A stretch of 63,822 nucleotides of DNA, taken from Vermamoeba vermiformis (taxonomy: Eukaryota). The translations under genes and the position numbers were made by a program. The stretch covers positions 1-63,822 of the forward strand of contig JBEWZL010000182.1 of the NCBI GenBank assembly GCA_045837725.1. Reading direction: 5' to 3'. Of this stretch, positions 63,723 through 63,822 are shown in pieces (the stretch's first letter is position 1; every line of letters begins with the position of its first letter). The notes below the pieces were generated by a model that worked only from the letters and a program-made list of their open reading frames with translations, was not told the DNA's origin and did not search any database.

Positions 63723-63822
63723 GGGGCGTGTCTCTGGTTAGTCTGGTGTGACCCCACGCCAACTACATGCCCTCAATAAACGCGTGCTAGATTTACCCCC
63801 CACGAGCGTGAAGCGCAATATT
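63723..63822 (+). repeat. Split direct repeat B2 (100 bp, runs to the window end)
   Basis: 99/100 match to B1. Separated from A2 by a 33-bp T-rich spacer. Confidence 0.95.

Larger units (their letters stand above)
58947..63822 (+). mobile_element. Ngaro-type tyrosine-recombinase (DIRS-order) retrotransposon, full length, with split direct repeats
   Basis: Structure A1-ORF1-ORF2(RT/RH)-ORF3(YR)-B1-A2-B2. There is no DDE integrase, protease or adenine methyltransferase domain, which fits Ngaro rather than DIRS1/PAT. Confidence 0.93.

Noticed and set aside
63385-63822. Terminal duplications read as an LTR pair, CRISPR array or assembly artefact
   Set aside because: The order A1...B1-A2-B2 around RT and YR ORFs is the expected split-direct-repeat layout. 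There are no repeat-spacer units.
1-63822. tRNA, rRNA or prokaryotic operon/defence systems
   Set aside because: No cloverleaf or rRNA-like segment was seen by eye. The genes are spliceosomal-intron-rich eukaryotic genes, and the tyrosine recombinase belongs to the retrotransposon rather than a phage.

Overview
This is a gene-dense, intron-rich (mostly ~45-100 nt GT-AG introns), AT-rich eukaryotic nuclear segment. The gene content looks like a free-living protist, possibly an amoebozoan, but the taxon cannot be fixed from the sequence. Bases 1-55 kb carry conserved genes (COX15, a GCFC/PAXBP1-like factor, GCSH, TRAPPC6, a kinesin with a PH tail) and two bacterial-type secreted CAZymes (GH39 and a GH141-like beta-helix protein). 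They also carry lineage-specific families: three F-box genes, three tandem GPI-anchored kelch genes, LRR and ankyrin genes, and a coronin fused to MORN repeats. A small paralog family at 32-38 kb pairs an unrecognised, possibly CG-1-like, N-terminal domain with a C-terminal Z-alpha-like winged helix. The last 8.5 kb is a nested retrotransposon pair. A Ty3/Gypsy element (candidate PBS, gag, -1 slippery site plus pseudoknot, PR-RT) is interrupted at the start of its RNase H by a complete, very young Ngaro-type tyrosine-recombinase retrotransposon with split direct repeats A1...B1-A2-B2. Gene models were spliced by eye and no database searches were run, so domain calls are motif recognition only.
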